In this document: piece after piece, positions 1 through 10,164 of the stretch | Layout: the number at the start of each line of letters is the position of its first letter | How positions within the stretch are numbered: position 1 is the first letter of the stretch | Assembly: GCA_018657495.1 (NCBI GenBank) | Contig: JABHXA010000001.1 | Span: 122,016 to 186,015 of the forward strand | Reading direction: 5' to 3' | Origin: Fidelibacterota bacterium | Lineage (GTDB): Bacteria > Fidelibacterota > Marinisomatia > SCGC-AAA003-L08 > JACNLC01 | Length of the DNA stretch: 64,000 nt | Notes under the pieces: model-generated | What the model saw: only the letters and a program-made list of their open reading frames with translations | What the model was told of the DNA's origin: nothing | Databases searched by the model: none | Made by a program: the position numbers and the translations under genes

Positions 1-229
1 CAGGTGATTCTCTCAGTATTTTACAGGCATCCAGTCCGCTGAGACCTGGCATATTTATATCAAGGAGTATGAGATCCGGTTCGATAGACTTGGCCGATTT
101 TACAGCATCCATGCCATTTGTTTCAGTATAAACCTGATAATTTTCTATTTCAAGTAACTCAGAAAATCCGGCAAGAATATCTAAGTTATCATCTGCAATG
201 AGTATTTTTGCTTTGTTGTGTTTAATCAT
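1..229 (-). CDS. response regulator receiver-domain protein (5' part only; gene continues past the window start)
   Basis: Absent from the ORF track because it runs off the window. Minus-strand translation from ATG 229..227 gives MIKHNKAKILIADDNLDILAGFSELLEIENYQVYTETNGMDAVKSAKSIEPDLILLDINMPGLSGLDACKILRESP, a CheY-like REC fold with the DD pair and the acceptor Asp in LLDINMPG. The start overlaps the upstream kinase stop by 8 nt (ATGATTAA). Confidence 0.85.
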   Translation of the reverse strand, partial: MIKHNKAKILIADDNLDILAGFSELLEIENYQVYTETNGMDAVKSAKSIEPDLILLDINMPGLSGLDACKILRESP

Positions 230-1688
230 TGTGTGATGAAATTTTCATGTTTGCTGCTTTTGAAACAATATCTTGAATTTTATTTGCATCAAATGGTTTG
301 GTGATGCTGTAATCAACACATAATTTAAGTTCGGCATCATCCTTTACATTAATAGCCCAACCTGATAACAGAATAACCGGGGTATCCGGTGATATTAGTT
401 TTATCTTTTCGGCTACTTGTTTACCACTCATTTCAGTCATACCTAAATCCGTAATGACCACGTCAAAATCACTTTCCTTAAATTGCTGTATCGCTTTTTT
501 ACCCGATATAAATCCTGTGACATTATGCCCCAAATCCGATAATAGATCCTCTATTACCTCCAGCACATCATTTTCGTCATCGATGACCAGAATGTTTAAT
601 TGCCGATCTTCATAGGTGATGATTTCTTCTTGCTTAATTTGTATTTCATGAGTGATGGGGAATCTAATGGTTATATCAGTCCCGTCTCCCTCGTTGCTAT
701 CAACAGAAATTTCTCCATTATGACGCTGAACCATTCCATAAACTTCGCTCATCCCCAAACCACTGCCATTTGCACCTTTTGTTGTAAAGAACGGATCGAA
801 AATACGTTCAACGGTATCTTCTGTCATTCCCATACCTGTGTCTTTAAATGAGGCGCTCACCATCTCATCATCTCCATCAACATTCACATGAATGATTCCC
901 CCATTTGGCATTGCATCAACTGCATTGAAAATGATATTTGTAAAACCATTCTGTAGTTCTGAGGCATTTCCAAGAATATATAAATCCGGTTCAATATTTA
1001 CGTTAATGTGAATCAAAATCCCTTTCTTCTGGCTGTTTTCTTTCCATTTATTTTCTGTCAATTCAAGAACATTTTCCACAAGACTACTGAGATTAACCGG
1101 TACTTCCTTTATCCCGTTAGAGTTTCGAGAAAAATCTTGCATTTTTTTCACTGTGGATGCACCATTTCTAGCTGCTCTTTCAATGATTTCAAGCTGATCA
1201 ACCAGGGCTTTGTCTAATCCCTTTTTCTTAATAATGCTGACTCGGCCCATAACAATTTGAAGAAGATTATTAAAATCATGGGCAATGCCCGAACTCATAT
1301 AACCTATAGCAGTCATTTTATTATCCTGGCGGTTTTTATTTTTAATCTCCCTGTCTTTGGTTACATTCTTATTTGTGAGGATAAACCCAGTTAGTTCATT
1401 TTCTTCAGAAAAAACTGGATGGGTTCTTTCCTCCATATATTCACCAAATCGTTCGTCATAGTTTTCCACAGGAATCATCTTTCCAGTATTGATTGTCTCT
1501 TGCAGTGGACAATCTTCGCAAGGTGATTCATTTCTGCGGATTAACTCATAACACATCTTTCCTTTAAGGCTGTATCCATCGCCATAAACAAGATTTGCGG
1601 AACGATTGCTGTCTAAAATTTCATATTCTGAGCTACAGATAACCATAGCATCGGATAAATGGTCAAATACTTTTTCGGGAGTAATCAT
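222..1688 (-). CDS. hybrid sensor histidine kinase (PAS-like, HisKA, HATPase_c, C-terminal REC)
   Basis: 488-aa ORF. It has the H-box SGIAHDFNNLL, the ATP-lid motifs DTGMGM and GSGLGMS, and a C-terminal receiver (LNILVIDDENDV...VVITDLGMTEMSG...TKPF). The N-terminal PAS-like module carries a CYELIRRNESPCEDCP cysteine motif. Confidence 0.9.
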   Translation of the reverse strand: MITPEKVFDHLSDAMVICSSEYEILDSNRSANLVYGDGYSLKGKMCYELIRRNESPCEDCPLQETINTGKMIPVENYDERFGEYMEERTHPVFSEENELTGFILTNKNVTKDREIKNKNRQDNKMTAIGYMSSGIAHDFNNLLQIVMGRVSIIKKKGLDKALVDQLEIIERAARNGASTVKKMQDFSRNSNGIKEVPVNLSSLVENVLELTENKWKENSQKKGILIHINVNIEPDLYILGNASELQNGFTNIIFNAVDAMPNGGIIHVNVDGDDEMVSASFKDTGMGMTEDTVERIFDPFFTTKGANGSGLGMSEVYGMVQRHNGEISVDSNEGDGTDITIRFPITHEIQIKQEEIITYEDRQLNILVIDDENDVLEVIEDLLSDLGHNVTGFISGKKAIQQFKESDFDVVITDLGMTEMSGKQVAEKIKLISPDTPVILLSGWAINVKDDAELKLCVDYSITKPFDANKIQDIVSKAANMKISSHND

Positions 1689-1730
1689 GAATCAAATTTT
1701 CATTAGTAGGTTATATACACAAATTTTGTT

Positions 1731-1784
1731 ATAAAAAACATTCAGACAGGAAATCGTATTTAAAAATTCGACTCCCTGTCTGAA
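1731..1784 (-). terminator. putative intrinsic terminator downstream of the TPR gene
   Basis: The minus strand reads TTCAGACAGG..(inner pairing GGAG-TCG/CGATTTCC)..CCTGTCTGAA followed by TGTTTTTTAT. It lies about 48 nt after the stop at 1833. Confidence 0.55.
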
Positions 1785-1832
1785 TATGAATTAACCAATT
1801 AATAAACCGGAGAACCAACTCCCCCCGGATTA

Positions 1833-3074
1833 TCAAATGGTCAGATTACTCAACGCTTGTTCAGTTTGTGTAACTCGAGCATTTGCCTCGATAAATTGAA
1901 ACTCCTTAAGGGCAGATTGATAGTTTTCTACTGACAGATCTCTATTTCCTGTATCCTCATAGAATTTTCCAATTTCCAGGTAAGTTTCGCCGAGATTAAG
2001 ATGATTATTATCTTCCTTATTTATCCGTTTACTATTTTCATAGTAGGACATGGCAACATTAAAATTCTTTCCTTTTCGATTGATCAATCCTAATATCTTA
2101 TAAACCTCAGCTATTTCGGATTTTGCTTGTAATTCAGAAAATATTTGAAATGTCGTCATTACCAATGCATTACTTTCAGATAATTCTCCCATTCTTGCTT
2201 TCACCTCTGACTGTTCCAGATAGGATAATCCTTTCTGATATACATCATTATTCTCTTTAGCAAGTTTAATGCATTTTGTCAGGTAAGCACTTGCCTTCCC
2301 GTAGTCTTGTTTTATTTTGTAGTTAATGGCAATATTATGCAGTAGCCTTGCTCGCTGTCTTGGATTATCCTTTGATTTTAGAATATCAAGAGCACTTTGA
2401 TAATAACCCATCGATTCATCAAAATCCCCTAATTGGCTACAGACATTTCCTAGATTGGAAAATATTTGGACCTTTAGAAAATGGTTATCATGTTGACTTG
2501 ACATCTGCTGAGCCTCAAGAAAGATGAGTTTTCCTTCAGACGGCTGTCCATTATTAACTTGTATCACCCCAAAAGCAATTTTGTTCTGGAGAATCCCAAA
2601 AGAGTCATTTTCCTTTTTAAAGAGCAATGTACTTTTATTTAGATACTTTATCGAACTATCAGAATCCCCATTATTAAAACAAATATTGGAAAGAGTTCTG
2701 AACGATTTTGCCACCAAAATATTATCTGCATCTTTATTTTTGGTAATTTCTATTAAAAGATTCGTTGCTTTTGTGAATTGAGCATATTTAATAGATACTT
2801 TTGCCAATTTATTAATAAGCTGTAGATACACTTTGATATCGCTAATAAAATGTTTAGAATGTGTAATGATTGTATCAAAATCAATTTCTTTGAAAATGAT
2901 TTTTTTCATGCCGGGCATTTTTTCAGATTTTGGAATTTCCTTCCAGGAATTATTCAATATTCTTTCTCGTTCTCTTTTGATATACAAAAATTGATCTGAA
3001 AATTCCTGTGTGCATTTTTCAACTGTAAGTTGAAATACTTCTTTTAGAAATGACTGTAGTGTTTTATTGGTCAT
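1833..3074 (-). CDS. tetratricopeptide (TPR) repeat protein
   Basis: 413-aa ORF with many repeats of the A/Y/L-rich 34-aa TPR pattern (e.g. LGNVCSQLGDFDESMGYYQSALDI, LHNIAINYKIKQDYGKASAYLTKCIKLA). No enzymatic motif seen. Confidence 0.7.
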   Translation of the reverse strand: MTNKTLQSFLKEVFQLTVEKCTQEFSDQFLYIKRERERILNNSWKEIPKSEKMPGMKKIIFKEIDFDTIITHSKHFISDIKVYLQLINKLAKVSIKYAQFTKATNLLIEITKNKDADNILVAKSFRTLSNICFNNGDSDSSIKYLNKSTLLFKKENDSFGILQNKIAFGVIQVNNGQPSEGKLIFLEAQQMSSQHDNHFLKVQIFSNLGNVCSQLGDFDESMGYYQSALDILKSKDNPRQRARLLHNIAINYKIKQDYGKASAYLTKCIKLAKENNDVYQKGLSYLEQSEVKARMGELSESNALVMTTFQIFSELQAKSEIAEVYKILGLINRKGKNFNVAMSYYENSKRINKEDNNHLNLGETYLEIGKFYEDTGNRDLSVENYQSALKEFQFIEANARVTQTEQALSNLTI

Positions 3075-3100
3075 AATTCCTCCAAATTCGTCTAATAAAA

Positions 3101-3673
3101 TTATTCACCATCAAATTCCCATGCGTATGTTGTAAAATGGTCAATCCAGAATGAAATGGTTTCATTTTCATTATTCAGTTCGAATCCGTCAACGAAAAAC
3201 CAATAATCACCAAGTTGACTAAAGTAGATATCGGCGGCATCCAGATCACCGTCAAAATCTAGGTATGCCCATGACAAAGTAATCAGAACTGGTTCATTAA
3301 AATTCATACTGGGAAGTAATTCCACCCCTGCACCGCATTGCTGATTGTTTTCTATGCAAATAACTTCTAGTGAAAATTCAACATCTTCCGATAGTGCTCC
3401 AGGTGGAAAATATACAGAATTACCATAAGTATTATCTACTCCAAGCAATCCACCCTCAGGTCCAATGATCTGGTCATCAAATCCGTCCCGAGATAAAGAT
3501 CTAATCATTTGCTTCATCTGAGCATTCCATGGAATTATTGATAGTTCTTCCGTAGGGATTCCATTGCCTTCACTGTTTTGAGGGCCAGTAATTGGGTTTT
3601 CACTGCATCCAAATATCAATAAAATAACCAAAAGGATGTTGATTGCACCCCTGTTAATCTTTTGCGCTGTCAT
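3101..3673 (-). CDS. hypothetical lipoprotein
   Basis: 190-aa ORF. The N-terminal signal peptide ends in the lipobox LLIFGC. The rest is acidic and aromatic-rich with no recognisable family motif. Confidence 0.5.
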   Translation of the reverse strand: MTAQKINRGAINILLVILLIFGCSENPITGPQNSEGNGIPTEELSIIPWNAQMKQMIRSLSRDGFDDQIIGPEGGLLGVDNTYGNSVYFPPGALSEDVEFSLEVICIENNQQCGAGVELLPSMNFNEPVLITLSWAYLDFDGDLDAADIYFSQLGDYWFFVDGFELNNENETISFWIDHFTTYAWEFDGE

Positions 3674-4526
3674 AATTCTTTCTCCTTAATCGTTTTCAAA
3701 ATTGCACTGCTGTCCTATAATAACGGATATTGTCTGTTCACGGGTATTAAACAAACTCTACATCATAAATTCAAATGTAGAAATTCAAACAACATTATAT
3801 TCATGTTCCATTTAGCGAGGTATTTTTTGCACATTGAATTCCAAATCGAGCATTTTTATGATATAAACCAATCAATAAAATAATCCATATTGTCTCTCTA
3901 ATGATCAAGCACCTATGGAATTCATTATGGCAAATTTTACGCCAATAGTCGTAATTCCAACTATTTATACATTTTACATCTTGAATATTTTGATTTATAT
4001 ATTCTGATTGATCTTTTATCCTGTTGATAATATAGATCATATCTAATATCTCAAAATATTTTCCCTCGCTATTTATTTATCATAGAATAGATAGTTTAAT
4101 CGAATTACCATTTGTTTGTGTCGATGAGGGTTAAAATTATTTGATTGAATCATCAAGTAAATTTGACGCGAGTCAAATATATTTTACACAATGAGGTCAA
4201 ATCATTTTGACTTTATCGATATTTGGGGTGTATTATATTTAATAATAAATATCGTAGCCGCCATTTCGCTGAATATTTCGATTAAATTATCGCTTGGAAA
4301 ATATCTAAATTTAACTGAAACATAAAAGATAAATATTTTCTGATCAAATTTGTAGAATAAAACATGAAATTATAGTTTTAAAGGATATTTTCATCCTTGT
4401 ATAGAAAATCTAATTAGACTTTTTCCAAGTCTAACCTTAATCAATAATATTTTATATTATTTGAACTCACTTTGCCGTCAAATTAGTCTATCCTTAGAAC
4501 AGTATATGACATCAGCATTCTTGTTA

Positions 4527-5969
4527 TTAGTGTTTACTGTCATTATAAATGGACATTAACTTGGTTTTCAACACTTTTCCAGTATCAGTTCTGGGAATAG
4601 AATTAACATAAAAAACCTCTTTTGGGATTTTGTAATCAGCCAGCTTTCCTTTACAATAATTTTTTATTTCTATACCTTGATCACCTGGTTTTATTAAACC
4701 TCTACTTTCATCATAATTTTTTAATACTATAAATGCCACAATCTTCATTCCCCATTCATTATCAGGAAGTTTTGCAACTTCACAGTCATTAACATCAGGG
4801 ATCTGCATGAGGATATTTTTAACCTCTTCTGGACTCACATTTTCACCACCGCTAATAATAATATTATCTTTTCTCCCTGAAATGTATGTTTTATTATCAT
4901 CACTGATCCTAGCCAAATCACCAGTGTAATGTATACCCCTGCAATCAGTTTCACCGATGTATCCCTTCATAACCATAGGTCCTGATACAACTATCTCTGA
5001 ATCATCAACTTGCAACTTAACATCATTGAATGGAAAACCAATATAATTACCATCTTCCTCGGCTGTAACCGCTGAAAGATGCCAGCCGCAGATTCCTGAA
5101 CATGTTTCAGTCATTCCATAACTGACCATTATTGGCAAATTGGATTCCCGGCAGATCTTTAATAACTTATCGGAAATCGGACCCCCTCCAATAACTATTA
5201 AGCGAAGACTTGAAAATAATGAAGTGATATTATTAGACTGCAGTAACCGAGACATCATGGTGGGGACCAATGAAATTAATGATATGTCCTGATGATATAT
5301 TAATTGATTTACTTTGTTGATGTTGAAATCGATTGCAATGGAAATATTAAAGCCATACAGTAGTGCTCTAATAATAATATTTAATCCTCCCACATGGGAA
5401 ACGGGAAGACATAACAGATAATTATCATGTTCTGTGAATTGAACTTCTTGATGCCAGCTCCTGGCGCTGGAAATAAAATTTACTGCTGTTAATTGAACTG
5501 CTTTCGGAAGTCCAGTACTGCCAGACGTAAATAGTATTACGCAGACGTCTTCAGGATCCGGCAGAACATTCGGTAAATCCTGGATGAAATATGTATCAGA
5601 TAAATCAAAATCATCAACTGACAATTGATTAATTTTATTTTTCTTAAATACTTTTAAGTGAGATTGATCTGTTACCAAGATCGCTGGTTTGACAGTTTCA
5701 AAGCAGGAGATAATCTCATCGTTGGTAAATTTCCTATGCAAAGGAATTACGACTGCACCCAAATTCTGGCCAGCAAGGAAAAATCGAATAAATGCGATTG
5801 GGTCATCAATGCTCAGCATTATTCGCGATTGTCGGGAGACCCCTTTTTTATGAAGCTGAGAAGCAATTTTGAGAGATTCCATCATCAGGGTTTTCATTGT
5901 CCATAAAGTCCCGTTGTAATATACTCTGGCCTTTTCGTTTTGCAATTGAATGTTATATAATGACTGCAA
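4527..5969 (-). CDS. menE: o-succinylbenzoate--CoA ligase (AMP-binding enzyme)
   Basis: Adenylate-forming motifs LFTSGSTGLPKAV, YGMTE, GDLA and SGRKDNIIISGGENV. It is the last gene of a co-directional menB-menA-menC-menE run. Confidence 0.85.
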   Translation of the reverse strand: MQSLYNIQLQNEKARVYYNGTLWTMKTLMMESLKIASQLHKKGVSRQSRIMLSIDDPIAFIRFFLAGQNLGAVVIPLHRKFTNDEIISCFETVKPAILVTDQSHLKVFKKNKINQLSVDDFDLSDTYFIQDLPNVLPDPEDVCVILFTSGSTGLPKAVQLTAVNFISSARSWHQEVQFTEHDNYLLCLPVSHVGGLNIIIRALLYGFNISIAIDFNINKVNQLIYHQDISLISLVPTMMSRLLQSNNITSLFSSLRLIVIGGGPISDKLLKICRESNLPIMVSYGMTETCSGICGWHLSAVTAEEDGNYIGFPFNDVKLQVDDSEIVVSGPMVMKGYIGETDCRGIHYTGDLARISDDNKTYISGRKDNIIISGGENVSPEEVKNILMQIPDVNDCEVAKLPDNEWGMKIVAFIVLKNYDESRGLIKPGDQGIEIKNYCKGKLADYKIPKEVFYVNSIPRTDTGKVLKTKLMSIYNDSKH

Positions 5970-5997
5970 ATCTAAAATCTAATCAATGGGGAAATTG

Positions 5998-7029
5998 TTA
6001 TGCTTCACGGTATTCAATCCCAAGGCCAGGGATCTCTCCAATATACATTCTTCCATTTTCTTGAAAGGGAATATTTTGCTGATCATCATCAAATAATGAA
6101 CCCGTCATGAATCCACATGCTTCAGTAATTTGATACGCACAAGATAAATGAAGCAATGCCATCCTGCCAATATATGATTCCATCATAGAGGTTATCACAC
6201 TTCTAATACCATGGTCCGCAGCGAGTTCTATTATCTCCTTTGTATTTTTAAACCCCCCAGAAACCATCGGTTTTATTACGAATACATCGGTTGCGCCTGC
6301 ATCGATTAAGTTTTGGGCCGATATAATATCTGTCAGGGATTCATCGGCGGCGATAGGAATAGTAGTATTTTTGCGTAATTCTGAAATTTGATGGATTTTA
6401 TCCCTGGATAGAGGTTGTTCAAGGTAATCAATATTGTACGAAGATAATAAATCGCACGCCTCTAAAGCTGTGTTCAAATTCCAAGCACCATTGACATCTA
6501 ATCGAAGCTTGACGGTTGGTCTCAGGCTCATTGTAATATTTTTGACAAAATCGATATCTTCTAATAAAGTATTGCTGCCAATTTTCAACTTTACAACTTC
6601 AACTCCACTTTGCAACTCAAAACCTTTATGATAAAGCATGTTTACTTTCACAAATGAACAGGTGCTTTTATTGATGTAAAAAGCCATAACAGTCTTATTC
6701 ATTTTTGATAATATATCAAGAATAGCCGTCTCCATGGCGAAACAGGCTGAGGGGATTTCTTTTAATAAATCCCGGATAATATCAAGCAGTTTTGCATCAA
6801 CATCAATCCCTTTGATGGTTTTTGCAACGGATATGAGGGCAGATAAACATTCCTTTTCGGACTCGGTGCTGAAACCAGTTAGCGGTGCTGCTTCGCCAAA
6901 ACCATTTATACCATTGGCAGATAGTTTGACGATGAAACCAGATCGATATTTATAGATCCGTTGTGATGTTTGAAGCGGAGTTTTAAAAAATATTTTATAT
7001 GGGATAACCTTGATGTCATTCAATTTCAT
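5998..7029 (-). CDS. menC: o-succinylbenzoate synthase (enolase superfamily, MLE subgroup)
   Basis: 343 aa with enolase-superfamily metal and base motifs (VKLKIG, LRLDVNGAW, YLEQP, AADES). It overlaps menA by 4 nt and sits in men-cluster context. Confidence 0.8.
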   Translation of the reverse strand: MKLNDIKVIPYKIFFKTPLQTSQRIYKYRSGFIVKLSANGINGFGEAAPLTGFSTESEKECLSALISVAKTIKGIDVDAKLLDIIRDLLKEIPSACFAMETAILDILSKMNKTVMAFYINKSTCSFVKVNMLYHKGFELQSGVEVVKLKIGSNTLLEDIDFVKNITMSLRPTVKLRLDVNGAWNLNTALEACDLLSSYNIDYLEQPLSRDKIHQISELRKNTTIPIAADESLTDIISAQNLIDAGATDVFVIKPMVSGGFKNTKEIIELAADHGIRSVITSMMESYIGRMALLHLSCAYQITEACGFMTGSLFDDDQQNIPFQENGRMYIGEIPGLGIEYREA

Positions 7030-7898
7030 AGTATTAAACCAAGAACAAATAGTATGCTGTAGACCATCATCACTCTTGCAGTGCCCCCCAGAATGGGATA
7101 TAATTCCCTCCCTTCAAGGGTCCATACCGATATAGTCATTTTTACAGCCACGGGTATTGAGAAGAGATACAGGTACATGGATAAATCGTTTTTCCAGGTG
7201 ACTGCCAATACTGCCGGGATGAAATATGAAATCACCATCATAAGGCTATATTCTAAACGACCGAATAGTTTTCCCCATCTGACAACAAGAGTTCTTTTCC
7301 CCGTTTTCGTATCTGTTTCCACGTCGCGAAGATTATTAACCACAAGGATTGCAGTTGAAAATGTTCCCATGGAAAAACCAACAAGCAATGATTCGATTGA
7401 GATCATTCCGGTTTGCAGATAGTAAGTACCAGGTACAGCGATAAGTCCAAAAAATACAATTACAAATATATCACCCCAACCATGATAACCAAGGGGATAA
7501 GGTCCACCTGTATAGGCAATCCCAGCTGCAATGGATGCCAAACCAATCCACACGATGGGCCAACCACCGATATATACTAGATAAGTACCGGCAGCAAGAG
7601 CCAAACTGAAAGTGATAATCATGCCATTTTTCACCTGGGTAGTGGATAACAATCCCGACTGAGTGACCCTGGCCGGACCGATCCGTTCAGAGGTATCGGT
7701 TCCGTTGAGAAAATCAAAAAGATCATTGGCAAGATTTGTACCAATTTGAATTAACATGGCAGCAATCAATGTAATCAAACCAGTGTTCCAATGAGATATG
7801 CCGTCATGGAATGCTAATGCCACACCAAGCATCACCGGCGCAATTGCTGCAGGTAATGTTTTTGGTCGAGATGCCAGTATCCAGTATTTAATTTTCAT
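7026..7898 (-). CDS. menA: 1,4-dihydroxy-2-naphthoate polyprenyltransferase (UbiA family)
   Basis: 290-aa polytopic membrane protein with the UbiA Asp-rich motifs NLANDLFDFLNGTD and NNLRDVETD. Men-cluster context. Confidence 0.85.
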   Translation of the reverse strand: MKIKYWILASRPKTLPAAIAPVMLGVALAFHDGISHWNTGLITLIAAMLIQIGTNLANDLFDFLNGTDTSERIGPARVTQSGLLSTTQVKNGMIITFSLALAAGTYLVYIGGWPIVWIGLASIAAGIAYTGGPYPLGYHGWGDIFVIVFFGLIAVPGTYYLQTGMISIESLLVGFSMGTFSTAILVVNNLRDVETDTKTGKRTLVVRWGKLFGRLEYSLMMVISYFIPAVLAVTWKNDLSMYLYLFSIPVAVKMTISVWTLEGRELYPILGGTARVMMVYSILFVLGLIL

Positions 7899-7968
7899 AA
7901 ACAGTAGATGAATAGAAATACAAATATTTCAACAGGTGAGAATACAGGGAAAAAGGAGTAAATATCAA

Positions 7969-8799
7969 TTAGGGCAGACGGTCAAATTTTGAGAAATCCG
8001 GATTTCTTTTTTCTTTAAAAGCGTTCCTTCCCTCCTTGGCTTCCTCGGTCATATAAAACAATAATGTTGCATCTCCAGCCAGCTGTTGCAATCCTGCCTG
8101 ACCGTCGCAGTCTGCATTCAATGCTGCTTTTAATAAACGAATAGACATGGGAGATTTTGCTAGAATTTCACGACACCAGTCGACCGTTTCTTCTTCTAAC
8201 TTTTTGAGAGGAACCACGGAATTTACCAAACCCCAATTTAAGGCGGTGGGGGCATCTATAAAGCGACACATAAACCATAATTCCCGAGCCCGTTTTTGTC
8301 CGATGATCCTTGCCATATATGACGCACCCCAGCCTCCGTCAAATGACCCAACCTTGGGACCAGTCTGTCCAAATTGAGCATTGTCTGCTGCAATCGTCAG
8401 ATCGCACATCATATGGAGAACATGTCCTCCACCCACAGCATATCCGGCAACCATAGCAATGACCGGTTTGGGAATATACCGTATCTGCTTTTGTACATCA
8501 AGAATATTGAGTCGGGGTACGCCGTCATCGCCGATATAACCTTGATCCCCTCGGATTTTCTGATCGCCGCCTGAACAAAAAGCATCCGGTCCTTCACCGG
8601 TGAGGATAATCACACCAACCGAAGCATCCTCTCGTGCCAATTCAAAGGCATCTTTGAGATCGTGGACAGTTTGGGGACGAAAGGCATTTCTCACTTCAGG
8701 ACGATTGATGGTTATTTTGGCGATACCGCTAGCGTCTTTAGTGCCTCGATCATATTTTATATCTTTGTAATCTTTTATGGATTCCCAGTTGTAATTCAT
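7969..8799 (-). CDS. menB: 1,4-dihydroxy-2-naphthoyl-CoA synthase (crotonase fold)
   Basis: 276 aa. Typical MenB strings are [49 protein letters not shown] and the C-terminal KRNPDFSKF. Confidence 0.92.
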   Translation of the reverse strand: MNYNWESIKDYKDIKYDRGTKDASGIAKITINRPEVRNAFRPQTVHDLKDAFELAREDASVGVIILTGEGPDAFCSGGDQKIRGDQGYIGDDGVPRLNILDVQKQIRYIPKPVIAMVAGYAVGGGHVLHMMCDLTIAADNAQFGQTGPKVGSFDGGWGASYMARIIGQKRARELWFMCRFIDAPTALNWGLVNSVVPLKKLEEETVDWCREILAKSPMSIRLLKAALNADCDGQAGLQQLAGDATLLFYMTEEAKEGRNAFKEKRNPDFSKFDRLP

Positions 8800-8841
8800 T
8801 CCCTCTCCATGAAATGCTGCATTAATTAAAAATTGACAATT

Positions 8842-9762
8842 TTACCATAATAGTCCAATTGTGAAGATGAATGCTTTGTCATCATAATCATTGAATGTCA
8901 TAGTATAATCCAGATTTGCAATAATCTGGAAGTTATATGTCCTGAATGTTCGTATTCCGGTGCTTAACAACAATTCGAATCCATCATTTCTTAGTTCATC
9001 TTTGCCGGGATGAGCTACCCAGTGAAATCCTAGTCCAGCACCGATAAACGGGCAGAAATCTCCTTTTGATAATAAGTAATCGGTAAAGACATTTGCAGAA
9101 ATACCTTTCCGTGTAGCAAATTGCATTCCCACAAAGAATTTTTCCATGTCATATCCTTTTCGGAAATCCAAAGTCAGGGAACGGTCTACATCTCCATATC
9201 CGTGCTGCGGATACATATATCCAAAGGAAACTCCCGTATAACCTCGAGCTTCCCGGCGCCGGAACATTTTGTCATTTTCTTTCTCAATTATTGTACCGAC
9301 TTGAGCAGATTCCGATAGGGAGGTGCGATTTACAATACTGGAAGCAATTCTTTTCATTATGGTATCCAATGACTCCACTGATTCTGCCGTAATACTGTCA
9401 CCGATGATCGTGGTTTTGTTTTCAACATCAATCAATAGATATTGAACAACAATCTTCTCCCCAAGAATACTCATAGAGCACAGTACAGCTTCAGTTGCAC
9501 CAACCATTCGCCCAACATTTCCAGCACATCCGGCATCACTGCATATACTGCCATCAAGGGCGCGCTCGATATCCTGCATAGGGGCAACCTGCAATGGTGT
9601 AAGAATACTTATTTCCTGGACAAGTAGATTTTCAGCTGTTTTTGTAGAGTACCTGTCCATCCCTAATGTATGAATAGGAAGTATAGCTATTTTGCCTTGA
9701 GCAGATAAGATGGATGCCAATCCTAATAAACTTAGAAACAGTGATTTTGATATATTCTTCAT
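8842..9762 (-). CDS. hypothetical outer-membrane protein (signal peptide, N-terminal globular domain, C-terminal small beta-barrel)
   Basis: 306 aa. Signal peptide LGLASILSAQG. The C-terminal half has alternating hydrophobic beta-strand patterning and ends in an aromatic residue (..FTIGLLW). Co-directional with menB, 42 nt upstream of it. Confidence 0.45.
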   Translation of the reverse strand: MKNISKSLFLSLLGLASILSAQGKIAILPIHTLGMDRYSTKTAENLLVQEISILTPLQVAPMQDIERALDGSICSDAGCAGNVGRMVGATEAVLCSMSILGEKIVVQYLLIDVENKTTIIGDSITAESVESLDTIMKRIASSIVNRTSLSESAQVGTIIEKENDKMFRRREARGYTGVSFGYMYPQHGYGDVDRSLTLDFRKGYDMEKFFVGMQFATRKGISANVFTDYLLSKGDFCPFIGAGLGFHWVAHPGKDELRNDGFELLLSTGIRTFRTYNFQIIANLDYTMTFNDYDDKAFIFTIGLLW

Positions 9763-10164
9763 TTAACCCTCATTTAATATTTTTATTCTTACCAATATTC
9801 TGTTAACATTGAAAACAATTTCCCTCAAATCTTGTCTGTTCCGATAGTGAAAATTACTGCAATTGCATATCCATTACCGAAGTCAGTTTTATCAGATTGT
9901 GATCAAGCATTTGAGTCATTTTTGTGGATATTGTGATGAAAAATAATATCAATTATATCCATCTTTTTCAGGTTTTGATAAATCGCATTATCAAAAAATA
10001 ATAATTCTGAAAACAAACCTTCCTCAAAAAAAGCACCAACATGGACATGCAAAGTGCAATTTGGTTGTTACCTTTTTCGGAGTCAATACTATTGTCAAAT
10101 CAATCTTTAAAATGTGACGACTGTAATAAATTGGGAATATATTAGTTGTTGGAATGTGATCCGA

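Noticed and set aside
3801-4040. 79-aa minus-strand ORF in the AT-rich gap (and 3662..3883 on the plus strand)
   Set aside because: Its composition (Ile/Asn/Tyr/Cys-rich) looks like random translation of AT-rich DNA. It has no motif, no signal peptide, and no sensible spacing to its neighbours.
10026-10067. Possible terminator after the TolC gene (T7 run on the minus strand preceded by CACCAA/TTGGTG-like arms)
   Set aside because: The stem is only about 5 bp with mismatches and a large loop, which is too weak to call from sequence alone.
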